DNA of 64,000 nucleotides from Lama glama (lineage: Eukaryota). Each line of letters opens with the position of its first letter. Position 1 is the stretch's first letter. A program made the translations under genes and the position numbers. The stretch is taken from NCBI GenBank assembly GCA_028534125.1, contig CM052832.1, forward strand, positions 19,532,001-19,596,000. Direction: 5' to 3'. Under the pieces are notes generated by a model. That model searched no databases, was not told where the DNA came from, and saw only the letters and a list, made by a program, of their open reading frames with translations. This document shows, piece after piece, positions 1 to 13,237 of this stretch.

Positions 1-496
1 CACGAATTTTTTCAGATGGATGGAGAAGGCCTGTAGGCCTGCGGTGTGTTTCCTCGCCCACCCCCTCATGTGTAGAGGCTTCTCCGGACCATGTCTCATG
101 TCCTTGGTGCCATACGACCGAGGTGAGGAACTTCTCTGGCTGGCAGAGCGCTGCTTACCTCGAAGAACCTTCCCATTTCTGTCAGCCTTGGGCCGTCTCA
201 GTGTCTCCCCTCGTGCCTGACCCCAAGGTCATTTAGACTTGAGTGAGTGAGATGGAAGAGTGATGAAGAAAATGAATTAAATGATGATGCTCAAGAAAAA
301 CACACAAACGCACGAGGGCAAGAACACTAGAAACTTACCTCAGAAAATGTGTGTAGTTGTGGGCAGGTTAGCATATGCACGCAATGACCCCTGCTCCATG
401 AGACCTTCTGCAGACCACTGGTAAGTGACGTTGAATGGAAATCATGAATAAAATAGTTCATACTTGCACAGCCACTCTACACATCGTAACACCTCG

Positions 497-745
497 CATT
501 TACATGGTGCTTACTGTGTCCCAGGCATTGATCTAAGTATCAACCTCATATATATTAACTATATGCATATTAAGTCATTCAGTCCTCACATCAGCCCTCT
601 GTGTGGGGGTTATTGTTTATTATCCCAGTTTCACAGATGAGGAGGCTGAGGCATAGAGAGAAGTGACTTGCCCCATGGTGACACGGGCTCACAATTACTC
701 GTCACAGGTCACACAACTGCTAAGTGGGGGAGGGGAACTGGAATC
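497..745 (-). mobile_element. MIR SINE
   Basis: Reverse complement of the MIR core: 'ttattatcccagtttcacagatgaggaggctgaggcatagagagaagtgacttgccc', plus the tail 'gcttactgtgtcccaggca'. Confidence 0.85.
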
Positions 746-1284
746 TACAAGATGATCTGAAGAGAATTTAGGGTATAAGTGATATTTTGCCTTAAAAATG
801 GTAAAAGATAATTCTATTTTTATTAAACCGTGGATATATCAAGGCAAATGTTGGGCAAATGCTTTGAGGAACACCAAGGGATGGCTGTGTCTTCTGTGTT
901 CCTATGGTTCACAACTCTTATCCCAGTTGCAACACCGCTTAAACCTGTAGGCACCACATTTCTTTTCTCCCTTCCCAGTCTTTGTGAAAGTGCATCTTCC
1001 AGGAATTTTGACGTGTTGCTTCTTAGCTTGCTTTTTCTCTTAGTCGGTGTGTGGATCTGGTGACATTTATTTATTCTTGGATTGTGACATGGCTGCTGTG
1101 CTGTCCCATCCTTGAAAGTCCAAAAGAATCTGCACACATGGAAAAAAAGCCAGGGGCTCAGAGCTGTACATCTATCAGAGGAAGGGTGTGGCTGACTTCC
1201 TTGTTGGTTTCTGTTAAGTGTGATGGTCTCTTTTGACAACGCATGAAGAATTTATTATCCATTAATTCAGAGATAAAGTCTAAA

Positions 1285-1510
1285 CAGAGCTTGGAATTGA
1301 ACCCACCGGGGTTTAATCCTGGCTCCACAACCTCCTGCTTTTTAACCTAGTCAGGTTGCTTCACCACTGAACACCCCATTTTTCTCCTCTATGAAATGGT
1401 TGTAGTAATATCTACTTCATATGGTAGTTATGCGAATTGAATGAAATTAAATTTGTAAAGCACTTATCACAAAGCCTGGTACTTAGCAAGTACTTAATAA
1501 ACTATAGCTG
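1285..1510 (+). mobile_element. MIR SINE
   Basis: 'gggtttaatcctggctccac...tttctcctctatgaaatgg...gtaaagcacttatcacaaagcctggtacttagcaagtacttaataaa' follows the MIR consensus. Confidence 0.85.
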
Positions 1511-3610
1511 TGATGTTAATGACAATTTAGCTAAATGTTTTGAGAGCCTATGATGTTTTCAGCTTGGAACCTCGAGGCTTCTGCTTCTCAGGTACTCTTC
1601 ATTTGCTTCCTCTTTTCCCAGATATATTTCCAATCTGTGCCATCTCTGGCATCTCTGTGGAACTTTCTGGTGAGGTGACCCAGAGGTGGACACGCCTGTC
1701 CAAGAGCTTGGGGGCAATACAGGTGTTCCAAATTCCACTTGCACATCTGCCTTTGGTCTCTCTATCTGAAGTAACTTGAATTAGTGAGATAAAGTAAGAT
1801 ATCAATTTTACATCCCAGTATGCCCTGAAAATGTGAATTATTGCCATTCTCTTGCCTTTCATGAACCATAGTTTTTATTTATTAGTTTTGCAAACATTAG
1901 GGAACAGAGATGACCGCTTTGAGGCAACTAAGTTTTCACTTTGAATGGACTGCCCAATTTCCCTGGGTTATATTACACAGAAACATTTACCAGTGAATGT
2001 CTTGTTAATTCATTATTCAACGCACATTTGTTGAGTGTTTGCCATTTAGAGCACAAAGGGTGAGATACAAACAGAAGCACTTTGGAAAGTCACAGAGAAG
2101 AGAGGTCAGGAGAGGTTGTAGATTCCTGAGTTGTTTTCCAGAAAGGGTGCTGTGATTAGGCTTCAGCCTGCTTTTGTGACCTTGTATTTCATGGTTCCCC
2201 TTTCATGTTCATTTCTCATCACACTGAACATATTCAGTGTTCTTCAAACACAGCTTGTACTTCCTTCCTTCCTTTTATTTACTTCAGTGGTTCTCTATGC
2301 TTTTTCCCCCAAATCTGTGTCTCCAAGTACTGGCCATTTTGTCCTCACATGACTGCCATCTTTTCCCATAAAGCCTTCTTTGATATGCTTGAATGATTCA
2401 TTGTTTTTTATATATTAACATATAGATATATGAATGTATCTATATATGAATATATCTATTCTTACCTGTCTTGTTCTACCACTTTTATTTTTGCCTTGTA
2501 TCGACATCATTTATATGTCTATTTATTCTCCCTTGTTAGGCTTGTAAATATCATGAAAGAAGGATTTACCCACAATTCACTATATAGTCTACACAATGAC
2601 TAGTATATTACTTTGTAAAAATTATGGTAAGTGAATAAATTAGTAAATGGATGATGGGATCTGGAGACTTGACAGGTGGATAAGATTTGGATAAAAGAAG
2701 GAGAGGAGAGAATATTATGAGAGGCTTAGGTAGTTAAAAAAAGAAAAAAAGCACAAGATTCAGCTTGCAGGCTCAGTTCTCAGATTTGTTCCTGGAATTT
2801 AGGGTCCCTAAGAGGAGGATGGAGAAGGGGCTCCGTGTAATTTGTTTACTCACTGGGGAGAGGCAGAGCCTTCAGCCACTGGACACTTCGATGGTGGCCT
2901 GCATTGCTCCTGGGAAGACTGCAGCCTGGTCAGCCTCTGCCTGCCTGGCCGTGAGCCTGTCCAAGCCAAGGCCACAGTGTTCTGTACCAGGCAGTAGCCT
3001 GTGATTAGTATACTGTCTGTGTTCCTGGACAGAACAGATGTCTGCTTTTTTCTGCTCCATGATGATGGCAGATTCCCAATGATCAAGATCTAATTTCACA
3101 TTTTCTGAAATCCTGGGCTGAGAAGTTCTCTTTGGTCAGTTCTGAGGCTCATCCTCCCTCCTTGCATCTTTGCTTTGCAGATTAGTGTGGACAGAGGGGA
3201 CAGTGGGCAGGCACCCACAGGAGCACTTAGCCTTGATCAGGTGGAATAGGTAATGGGAGGGGGTACTGGGCCTGGACTGTACCCAAATATATTTGCTTTT
3301 CTGTCTTCCTTTCTCCTCTGCAAACAGTAAGACCTTTGCTGCTCTGTAAACCCATTTGTACAGGAGAATATTTGGCATTTGAAATAGTCTCTTTTTATAA
3401 GTTTCTCTCTGGAACAGGGAATATATTAGCTGCTACTTTAGTTATTAGTGAAAGTGTCAGTCAGATCCTTTCTTGTAACACAGTGATTTGGGGAATGGAG
3501 CAGAAATAGGGTAGAGCTAGACTGGAAATACAGGTTCAGGGCCTGAAAGCTGTTCCAAGATCTCCGAGTGGTACATCACCATAGGTTCTTTTCTGTGTTC
3601 CTCCACTCCC

Positions 3611-5630
3611 AGATATAATTGACATATAATATTGTGTAAGTTTAAGGCGTACAGTGTGTTGATTTATATATACTTAGGTATTGCAAAATGATTACACCAT
3701 AGCATTAGCTAACATCTCCATCACTTCACATAATTACCATTTCTTTTTCTGGTGAGAACATTTAATATCTACTTTCTTGGCAACTTTCAATATACATATA
3801 CAATGTAATACCATATTATTAACTATAAGTACCATTCTGGTACATTAAATCCCTAGAACTTATTCATCTTATCAGATGAAGTTTGTAACTTTCGACCATC
3901 ATCTCCCCCATTTCCCTATTCCCCAGCCCCTGGCAACAACCGCTTTACTCGCTGTATGAGTTTGACTGTTTTAGATTCCATATATAAGTGAGATCATACA
4001 GTATTTGTTTTTATCTGACTTATTCCACTTAGCATAATGCCCTCGAGGTCCATCTGTGCTGTCACAATGGCTGGATTTCCTTTTTTAATGGCTGAGTAAT
4101 ATTCCAATGTGTATATATACATTTTATCTATATCCATTCATCCATTGATGGACACTTAGGTTGTTTCCGTATCTTGAGTACTTTGAATAATGCTTCAGTG
4201 AACATGGGGATGGAAATAGTTCTTCAAGATCCTGTTTTCATTTTCTTTGGATATAACCCAGGAGTGGAATCGCTGGATCATGTGATAGTGTTTTTTTTTT
4301 TTTTGAGGATGCTCCACACTGTTTTCCATAGTGGTTGAACCAATTTACTTTCCCACAAACAGTGCACAAGTGGTACTTTTCTCCACAGTCTCACCAATGC
4401 TTGTTATTTGGGTCCTTTTTGATTATAGCCATTCTGACAGTGTGAGGTAGTATCTCATTGTAGTTTTGATTTGTATTTCTTTGTTGGTTAGTGATGTCAA
4501 GCACTTTTTCATATACCTGTTGGTAATTTGTATGTCTTTATGAAAATGTCTACTTAAGTTCTTTTTCCATTTTTTAATTTTTAATTTGTTTGTTTTGCTA
4601 CTTTGTTGTAAGAGTTCTTATATATTTTTGATATTAACCCTTTATCAGATACGTGATTTGCAAATAATTTCATCCCCCCTCTTTTTTTTTTTTTTTTTTT
4701 GCTGTGCAGAAGCTTTTTAGTTTAATGTAGTCCCACATGGTTTATGGTTTATTTTCGCTTTTGTTGTTTGTGCTTTGGTGTCATATGCAGTAACTTATTG
4801 CCAAGACCAAGGTCAAGAAGTTTTTCCCTATGTTTTCTTCTGGAGATTTACAGTTTCATGTCTTATGTTTAAATCTTTAATACATTTGGAATTAATTTTT
4901 GTGAACAGTGAGAGATAGGGGTTCAGCATTACCTTGATACCAAAGCACAAACATCATTTGGGAATGTTCTTTTCAATTTTTTTGGACCTATTTGAGAAGG
5001 ATTGGTATTAATTCTTTAGAGTTTGGTAGAATTCACCTGTGAAACCATTTGGTCATGGACTTTGTTGGGAAGTTTTTGAATACTAATTCAAATTCTTACT
5101 CATATTAGTCTGTTCTGATTTTCTATTTCTTCATAATTCAGTTTTGGTAGGTTTTTATGTTTCTTGAATTTATCCATTACTTCTAGGTTGTCTAATTGGT
5201 TGACTTATAATTATTTATGGTAGTCTCTTAAGATCCTTATATTTTTGTTGTGTTAGTCATAATATCTCCTTTTAAATTTCTGATTTTACTTATTTGAGTC
5301 TTCTCTCTTTTCTTCTTGGTTAGTCTAGGTAAAGTTTTGTCCATTTTGTTTATCTTTTCAAAAGCCAGCTCTTAGTTTTGTTGACCTTTTCTGTTGTTTT
5401 TCTGGACTCTATTTCATTTATTTCTGCTGTGATCTTTATTTCCTTCCTTCTGCTAACTTTGGTCTTATTTTGTTATTCTTTATCTGATTCCTGAGATATA
5501 AAATTAGGTTGTTTATATGTTTTTTCTTAATGTAAGCATTTATCACTATAAACTTCTTTTCTAGAACTGCTTTTGCTGCATTCCGTAGGTTTTGTTATAG
5601 TGTGTTTCCATGTTTGTTTATTTCAAGATA
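3611..5630 (-). mobile_element. LINE-1, 5'-truncated and rearranged (3'UTR plus ORF2 pieces; L1MA9/10-like)
   Basis: Antisense L1 3'UTR ('ataattgacatataatattgtgtaagtttaagg', 'tttagattccatatataagtgagatcatacagtatttg'), ORF2 end, then a more upstream ORF2 piece ('tttggtagaattcacctgtgaaaccatttggtc'). Confidence 0.92.
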
Positions 5631-7949
5631 GAAATTACTTCCGATATGTGGATAAATGAGATAGATCTAGGAAGGCTTTGAGAAAAGTATTATCAATGGT
5701 CTGGAACTTGAAACATAAGGGAGATTTTTAAACTTGGGACTACAGGGAAGAAATTCAGAGATGAGACTGGTGAAATGCTCACGTGGACCCCTACAGCTAT
5801 AGATATCTGAGAGGTTTTACTTCTGGGTTCTTATTTATTTATTTTTTTCTATGTATATCCTACCTCTTCCAATTACATTTGAAACTTCTCAAGTTTTTAT
5901 AACTCTTGCGCCTAACACAAGCTGAGTAAATCCTTGGCAATCATGATGATAGCTGCCTTCTGAAGTTTTATGTTCTCTGAGTCAAAGGTGGACAACCTCC
6001 TTTTTTTTTCTGTTGTGGCAAATATAAATACCACCAATACCAATATTAGCATATTTATACTACTTTACAAGATTAGTAGAGTGGCTCAAAAAACTTGATG
6101 TTGTCCCCACCTTGTAGGGAGTAAGTGACTAAAGATTTCTTCCATTCTGAGTTCTGCTTGATAGTATAACCTGAGAGTCTAATGAATGCTTTGAGTTCTT
6201 GAAGAAATGGAAGAAGCATAATTTTATAGTGTAAAATGACTAAGTGTATGCTGTAGCTTCTTTCTCTTAGCTTATCTTATCTCCAGCTTTGCCAGTTACA
6301 TGCACAAGCCCTAAAAAATTCCATCTAACTGCATGGCAGAGCTTATATAAAGTAGCTTGTCTAAGTTTCAGAGAAATTGGTGCCAAAGGCTTCCTCTGTT
6401 TTAAATTGCTGTCATGGAGACAAATAAGCATAAGTTGTTTTTTTTTTTCTAAGCAGGTGTCCAAATACCTGGGTAGAATACTTTATTCTCCAAAATACTG
6501 CAGCAATTAAAATATAAAACCAATTTCATGATAAACAGCAATTCAGTTAGATTTGGAGGGACTAGCCAAGAGTCAAGAATGTTAAAGTTTAATGGAGACA
6601 CATTTTAAAGAGATCATCAATGATGCCTCAAGGGACTTCTGCAAGAGTTCATCACTAGCTAGAGACAGCACTTTAAGACTCATGCCTCCTGATTCATAGT
6701 CTACTTCTATTTCCACTGCTTCCTGGTGTGTCTGATTTGTTTATGCCACACTGAAGGAGGAGGGGTTGTCATTAGTCATCTTTTGCCCAAGGTCCACTTG
6801 AACCTGATATAATAACAACAGTACAGGAGAGTTATGTGTTACTATAGTGATTCCCAAATGAGCACCAAGACCATGATGGAGAAATGGGACTTTGGAGGAA
6901 TGTTTCTTCCATCAGGAAGCAGCAGATTTGAAGAGCAGTTTGATTTGCACAAGTTAGAAACAGTGCTGATAACTTGGCCTGTTAGAAATAAGGAATGTGG
7001 GTACATAATGCAATCCAGACAAGGTCCTCTGATACCACAGGCTCAGAACGTGAACACTGAATTTTTAAATAAAGAAGAAAGCATATTGTGTTTTTTAAAA
7101 ATGCTTTGAAATTCTATCAACCTAACTTACCCAGTACTGAGGAGTTATTTCAGCTGCTGTAACTACCATTCCACCTTTTGCCAGACGGCTCAAAACATGG
7201 GCACAAGGGCTATATCTTTGGGGGGTATTTAAATAGCCTTACAGTTGCCTAGGCAAATATGAGTCAAAGTCATATTGCTGTATGCTGCCTAGAACCTCAG
7301 CATTGGAGAGAATGTTAGATGCCTCTTTATAGTTCTTTAGAATTTAGGTATCCTTAAGTGGTGGCCTCTAGAAATCTATCAAAACCTAAGATCCATTCCT
7401 TCTAGACTTCAGGTTCTATGCTCTTTAATATCCTTCAATTAATTTTCCTTTATTCTCAGTTCTAATGATTTCCTTCCTTGCGCTAATATTTTCCTTTCTA
7501 GGTCTTCTTGTTTTGCATTTATTCTTTCTGCCTGTTAGCCCTCTTCCTTCTACTGTCCTTCCCCTTGAGGTTAGCTTAACTCAATTCAAAAGCATTTATT
7601 AAACAACAGTCTATAAAATGTTTATGCAGATTGTATTGGAAGATAGTAAGGAATTGAAGATGCAATCTCTAGCTTGTCCAATAAGATCAAAGCTAAGGCA
7701 AACTACATAGAACATCTTTATAACATTTTCAAAGCAATGGATGACCCCCTCTAGGAGTGGAACTGAGGCAGATATTGAATCTTAACAAAATGCCCCAATT
7801 TCTGTAGATACTCAGTGTGTTTGCTGAATGAGAGAAAAACTAGTTTGATTGAAAGTGAGGAACAGACCACAGTACAATGATTGTGCTCATTATTGGTGAA
7901 GGGCTAATCTGGAAAAATGCTTTTCAACTTTTTGCAAGTTTACACTGGG

Positions 7950-8420
7950 TCCTCTCCCCATTTTACACTCCAGCTACACCAAGCTAATGATAGTTTTCAA
8001 AAGACTTACTTGCACACCATCTTGTATTGGTTCTTTTATCATTCCCTGGCTCATTTGATGAAATCATAGTCATCTTTCAAGGCTCAATTAAAGGGTCACC
8101 TCACATGGGAGGCATTCCCTAAACTGCTCCAACTGCCACACTGTAAGTGTATCCTGATTATTCCTTTACTTCTCTCTACATGTCCCTCCATCCTGTCCCA
8201 CTGTTGGGCTGAAGAGGTTCAGATTAAGCTTTGACAGTATTTTAAAAAAAATTGACTATATTGAGCATGTACCATGTAAGATACAAACTGGGAAGATACA
8301 AAGTTAAATAAATCATGACCTTGAATTTAAGAGCTTATGATGTGGTACAGAAAACCATACATGTACATAAAACAATATATGTACATAAAACCACAAAGAG
8401 TGGTAAGAGCTATAAGAAAA
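7950..8420. mobile_element. Degraded L2 fragments
   Basis: 'catctttcaaggctcaattaaagggtcacctcacatgggaggcattccct' (L2 sense) and 'ttgagcatgtaccatgtaag...gggaagatacaaagttaaataaatcatgacc' (L2 antisense). Confidence 0.5.
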
Positions 8421-9931
8421 TCAGGATTTATACTCGATAATTACTTTGACTATTCCCAATTTGAGAATCACTAGTCTGGGATTAAAGCATATAGTAGGTT
8501 ACTTGTGAAAAGTTAAAATGACTACAGATTGTATTAGAAATCCCTACATATTAGAAAGGTGCATAGTTTGAAGCTACTTATTAAGAGTTATTGCCATAGT
8601 GTGTCTCTTGTAGAATGATCATGTCCTGTCCCCTTAGCAATAGCCTTGTCCTGTGGCCAGATTCCTCTGGAGTGGAAAGGAGGCTGTGGCTTGCATAGAG
8701 TGGGAGGGGCACTGAGGGAGGAGAGCAAAGCTGCAGATTCTCATGCCTGTGAATTCCCACCTCATGGTGTTGGAGTTTTGGGGGTGGAGGGCTTGGGCAA
8801 GGAAGGAAGAGGACAGGGAGGGAATATGCATCTTGCCCACTTGGACACATCTTAAATTCCAAGGAAGCTCAGCCAAAAACTTGGCAATTAGTAAGAGTCC
8901 AATCAGGCAATTTATGCAATGTTTAATGTTCCTAGCCTATTGTACTTGTGCTAATTCTATAGTCCTGGAACAGAAAGCACAGGCAGTTTTGCTGGGGAAA
9001 TGCTCAGTTTTTGAGAAAGGGCTGATGTGGAGTTGAGGAGACACATTATTGTTCTGGGAAGTCTTTCCTTCCTCTTTGTTCCCTGTGCCACTCAATAGCT
9101 TAAGATCTTGTGTTAGATGGTTTCAGTGAGAAAGAGCCCAGCCCAGGCTCTGTCCCTCCTGTGTAGCCTGCTTAGAGTATCAGGGCAACATTGCCAGTGG
9201 GAAAGATACAGCTGAGTCCTGTGATTGGTGCTGCTCTACTAACAACGGGAATGTGAAGAATCTTTGGTGGGAGATGAGAGTGATAACAGAAAAGCTATTT
9301 CTTTTCATTTCCCTGGTGTTTGTAGACTAAGCAAAATTGCTAAAGGAGGCATTTTCAATTTGAAGGACTTTGGTACTTTGGTACCAGGTTGAAATAGAGG
9401 CTTTTGATTAACAAATGAGATTGGGTCACAAAAGCACAGCAAATTATGGCATCACTTTCATTCTTTACAGTAATCAGGTAGCAAAACAGCACTCCTTAGG
9501 GGGCTGAATGATGAAACAGCAAGCTTCCAATTAGAATGCCTTCTTTTTAAAAGAGCCCGGATTTTACCCGTGTGTGAAAGAATGTTAGAGAGGCCGCTCA
9601 GGCAGGGGAGAGATGCCTGGGGCGACTCCAACCTTTAGTCCGGACCTGGGAATTGTCTTAATGGTTTTCCAAAAGGGCAGTAACACAGTTTGAGAACCTC
9701 ATTCTTCAGAGAGTTTCTTTGAAATAGCCTTTTCCCTGTTACCAAAACACTAAGTCACCTCTGCTCAGGACCCAGACTCTCCACTCTCCTTAGACCCACA
9801 TAGACACACACATGAATGTACACACATGCACACACACACTTTTGTACACATACACCTTTGCTTAATGTGTTCTCTGCAGATTTTTTGTGGCCATACTTTA
9901 TATGTTTTCCCTACCATGTCATAATTAGAAA

Positions 9932-10100
9932 CTAATAGCAAACTATTGAGTGTTTGCCAGGTATCAGATGCTATACTTTACCTACATCATCCCATTAATC
10001 CTTCAGATACCTGCTGGGTAGCAACTATTAGCATCTCTCTTTTGCAGATGAGCAAAGAAGCTCAGAGAAGTTACATGATTTGCCTCAGTCCATGAAGGAA
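9932..10100 (-). mobile_element. MIR SINE
   Basis: 'aatagcaaactattgagtgtttgccagg...tttgcagatgagcaaagaagctcagagaagttacatgatttgcc'. Confidence 0.8.
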
Positions 10101-11029
10101 GGGAGGGGCGGTGCAGAGATATGACGTCAGGTCTCTGCAGCACTCCACCAGGTTTTGATGCGAGAGACAGCAGGGAGTATGAGGGAGCTAGAACTCAGAA
10201 GTTGCACCGCTCCAGAGATTGCCCTGCTGGGATCTGCTGGCATTCCTTAGTCTGCACTGCAGAGGCGCTCAGAACTAGATGCCATTGCTTCTGCCCTAGA
10301 GAACCTGGCTCTCCCTGCTCTAGGAGATGGGGGTGAGGCTGCTGTACATTTTGGGTTCCGTTCTTGAGATCTTCTTGCCTCGTAGTGATCACCTCCTGCC
10401 TTCCTACCTCCTGGCAGTGGTGGAATTGAGTGAAAGAGGTTCTGTCTACAAACGGAAGGCCTGAGGGCAGATTTGCTTTCACTCACACATTCATTCACAT
10501 ACTCACCAAATAAATTTTGAGCCCCCCTCCCTGCCCTGTCCTTTTTGTGATGTACTGTGATGGGAGCCTGGGATCCTGTGGGGAAATTGATCAGATTTGA
10601 TCTCTGTCTTTCTAGAGTTGACGTGTTATTCATTTAAACTATATAAAGATTTCCTTGTCACAACATGAGGATGACAATGCCAACCTCAGGAAATTAATGA
10701 TGGTATTAAATTAAATGAGGGAATACATGTGAAAGTACTTCATAAGCTCTGATGTGCTAAAGAAACAAAAACCACTGCTGTTATTTATATCTTTATGAGT
10801 TATCAGGGTGGGACCTTGCTTCAGCTCCTAGGATTCCAGGCAAGAATCAGCATCTGTCCTCTTTGCTGGTTGCTTACATTAGCATTTCTGAAATTAAATT
10901 TCAAACAGTATTTGAGTTCCTACTATGCTCAAATACATAATCTTACTCAGTCCCTGAAATTCTAGTGAATAAGAAATCATTGCCAAGAGCATAGTTCAGC
11001 TCCTACCTACTTTGCTCTAAAATAAAAAT

Positions 11030-11690
11030 GACAACATTTTACATGTGTTCTGTGCAACTTGCTTTTTCTGCTTAGTTATTTATCTTGGACAGCTTCCCAT
11101 GTGTAGCCCTTTCTTTGCTACTTTAAGATCACTTTATTCTTTTTAATAGTTGCATAGTATTTTACTATATGGTTTAGTGTCATATTTAATCAGTTCCTTC
11201 TTTAAAGGCATTTTTATTGCTTCTCATTGTTCTCATTGCAAACAATGCTTTAATGACAGTCCTTGTACATATATCTTAGTGGATTTGTGTTAGTATTTCT
11301 GTAAAATGAAGGTGGGATAGTGAGTTGGAGAGAATTTGTGTTTTATATTTTGATCAATACTGTCAAATTGTTTTCTCAAAAGAATGTACCAATTTAACTG
11401 TCTTACACTATATATATGAATACTTCCACATTTTTGCTGGTATAGGATATTACAATCTTTAAAAACATTTGACAAATATATGGACAAAATTTCATTATTT
11501 ACTTTGTGATTCTATAATTGTTAACAAGACTGAGCATTTTTTTGGCTTTTTATTTTTTCTGTAAATTACTATTTCTTATCTTTTAGCCATTCTTATAGGG
11601 ATTTTTAACATTTTCTTCACTGAATTGTAGGAGTCTTTATGTCTTTTGGAGGCTCAGATTTGTTTGTTAGATACATTTCAAAGGTTTGCT
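11030..11690 (-). mobile_element. Old LINE-1 fragment (L1ME-like)
   Basis: 'ttattctttttaatagttgcatagtattttactatatgg', 'caaacaatgctttaatgacagtccttgtacatatatc' are diverged antisense L1 3' sequence. Confidence 0.75.
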
Positions 11691-11859
11691 TCTCCTTATT
11701 CTTGAATAAATCTCTCTCTCCCTGTTAATAAGTATTAACTCCCCTTCCCTGAGAAATTCTGTGGGTCATAAAATTTCCTGTTTCTCTTGGTACACCAGAA
11801 GCAGAATCTTGATACTGAATTTTTGAGAAGTCTACCCTATAGAATGATGTCATAGGAGT

Positions 11860-11992
11860 ATTGAAAAGAGCATAAACTTTAAAGACAGGTAGTTTGGCAT
11901 TGTGTTGGTTCTGTCATTCACCAGCTGGGTGACACTGGGAGAGTTGCTTAACCTCTCTGAGCTTGTTTCCTTATTGTAAGATGGGATAATAA
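11860..11992 (+). mobile_element. MIR SINE
   Basis: 'ccagctgggtgacactgggagagttgcttaacctctctgagcttgtttccttattgtaagatgggataataat'. Confidence 0.8.
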
Positions 11993-12180
11993 TTTTTGTT
12001 TTCTCCAAACACCATATCTGTCCTCAAAGCCTGGAGATGTTGAGAAGTCCCTCTTCTGGGAGGCCCGGGGTGTACAAAAGCTTTAAGAAGGAAGGACCTC
12101 TTGACGGTCAAGTTATAGAGACCAGGAAAATCTGAGAACTCTGAATAGGGCTACTTTTGCCAAATTGGCAAATTAAATTT

Positions 12181-12860
12181 TTTTCTTCTTTTTAAATTGA
12201 GAAATAATTGCCAGGAAATAAAACCCAGATTTAAGACTGAAGTTTGATGAATTTGACAATTATATACACTTATATAGTTACCACCTAAAATAAGATATGT
12301 AAAATTTCCATCCCCCTCAGAAAGTTCTCTGCACACTTTTGGTAATTTGCACTCTCCACAGCCTTCTGATTTCCATCACAGTGTATTCATTTTTCCTGTA
12401 TTTGGTTTCATATGCATGAACTCATACAATATATACTCCTTTGTGTTTGGTTTCTTTCACTCAACATAATATTTTGAGATTTATTCATATATCAATGGAT
12501 ACTATTTTTAATCACTGAGTAGTGTTCCATTGTAGAGATATACCACAATTTACTTCTCCATTCTCCTATTGGTGGACATTTGTGGTTGTTTCCAGTTTTG
12601 GCTGCTATGAGTAAAGATGCTATAAACATTCTCATACAAGTCTTTTGGTGGGCATATATTTTTATTTCTTTTGTGTACTACTGTGGACTCATTGGGTCAA
12701 GTGTATGTTTAGTTTTATCAGAAACTGCCAAACAGATTTCCAAAGTGGTTGCACCATTTTACAATCCCACCAGCAGTGTTAGAGAGTGCCTTTGGATGTT
12801 TTGCGCCATTTTTATTTTAGCCCTGCTAGTGGTTGTGAAATGATATTTCATTGCGGTTTG
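12181..12860 (-). mobile_element. LINE-1 3' end (L1MB-like)
   Basis: T-rich tail, then 'aaattgagaaataatt...tttgatgaatttgacaa', 'tggtggacatttgtggttgtttccagttttggctgctatgagtaaagatgctataaacattc'. Confidence 0.85.
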
Positions 12861-13184
12861 GCAAGTTGGACTTCAATATCCTTGTTTTCGGCAAAGCTGT
12901 CTGTCCATAGTGTACCTTTCTTTTTCCTGTGTGTGTTTGCTTTCTGATGAAATCTGAAATTCTCTAAGGGCAGAGGCTCTGCCTAATATACTTTCCTTAA
13001 ATCCTGGACTACACAAAACACACAGCCAGGAAGGCAGTGGGTGCTTAATTTCTTGCTACTAAGAAACATTGTGGACTATTTTGTAAGGAGGACAGATGAG
13101 AAAGGGCTGTTTCCACTGCATGCTCTTCAAACTCTTACCATTGGGTTGGTTCCCTTGGAGTTAGTTAGGGAAGACTGGCTGTGG

Positions 13185-13237
13185 TTCTCTCTCTCTCTCT
13201 TTCTCTCCCCTTCATTCTCTCTCTCTCATTCTTTCTG
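13185..13237 (+). repeat. (CT)n-rich polypyrimidine tract
   Basis: Direct reading: 'ttctctctctctctctttctctccccttcattctctctctctcattctttctg'. Confidence 0.9.

Noticed and set aside
823..1239. 138-aa minus-strand ORF and overlapping plus-strand ORFs
   Set aside because: No domain-like features, non-ATG starts for several, and no supporting splice structure.
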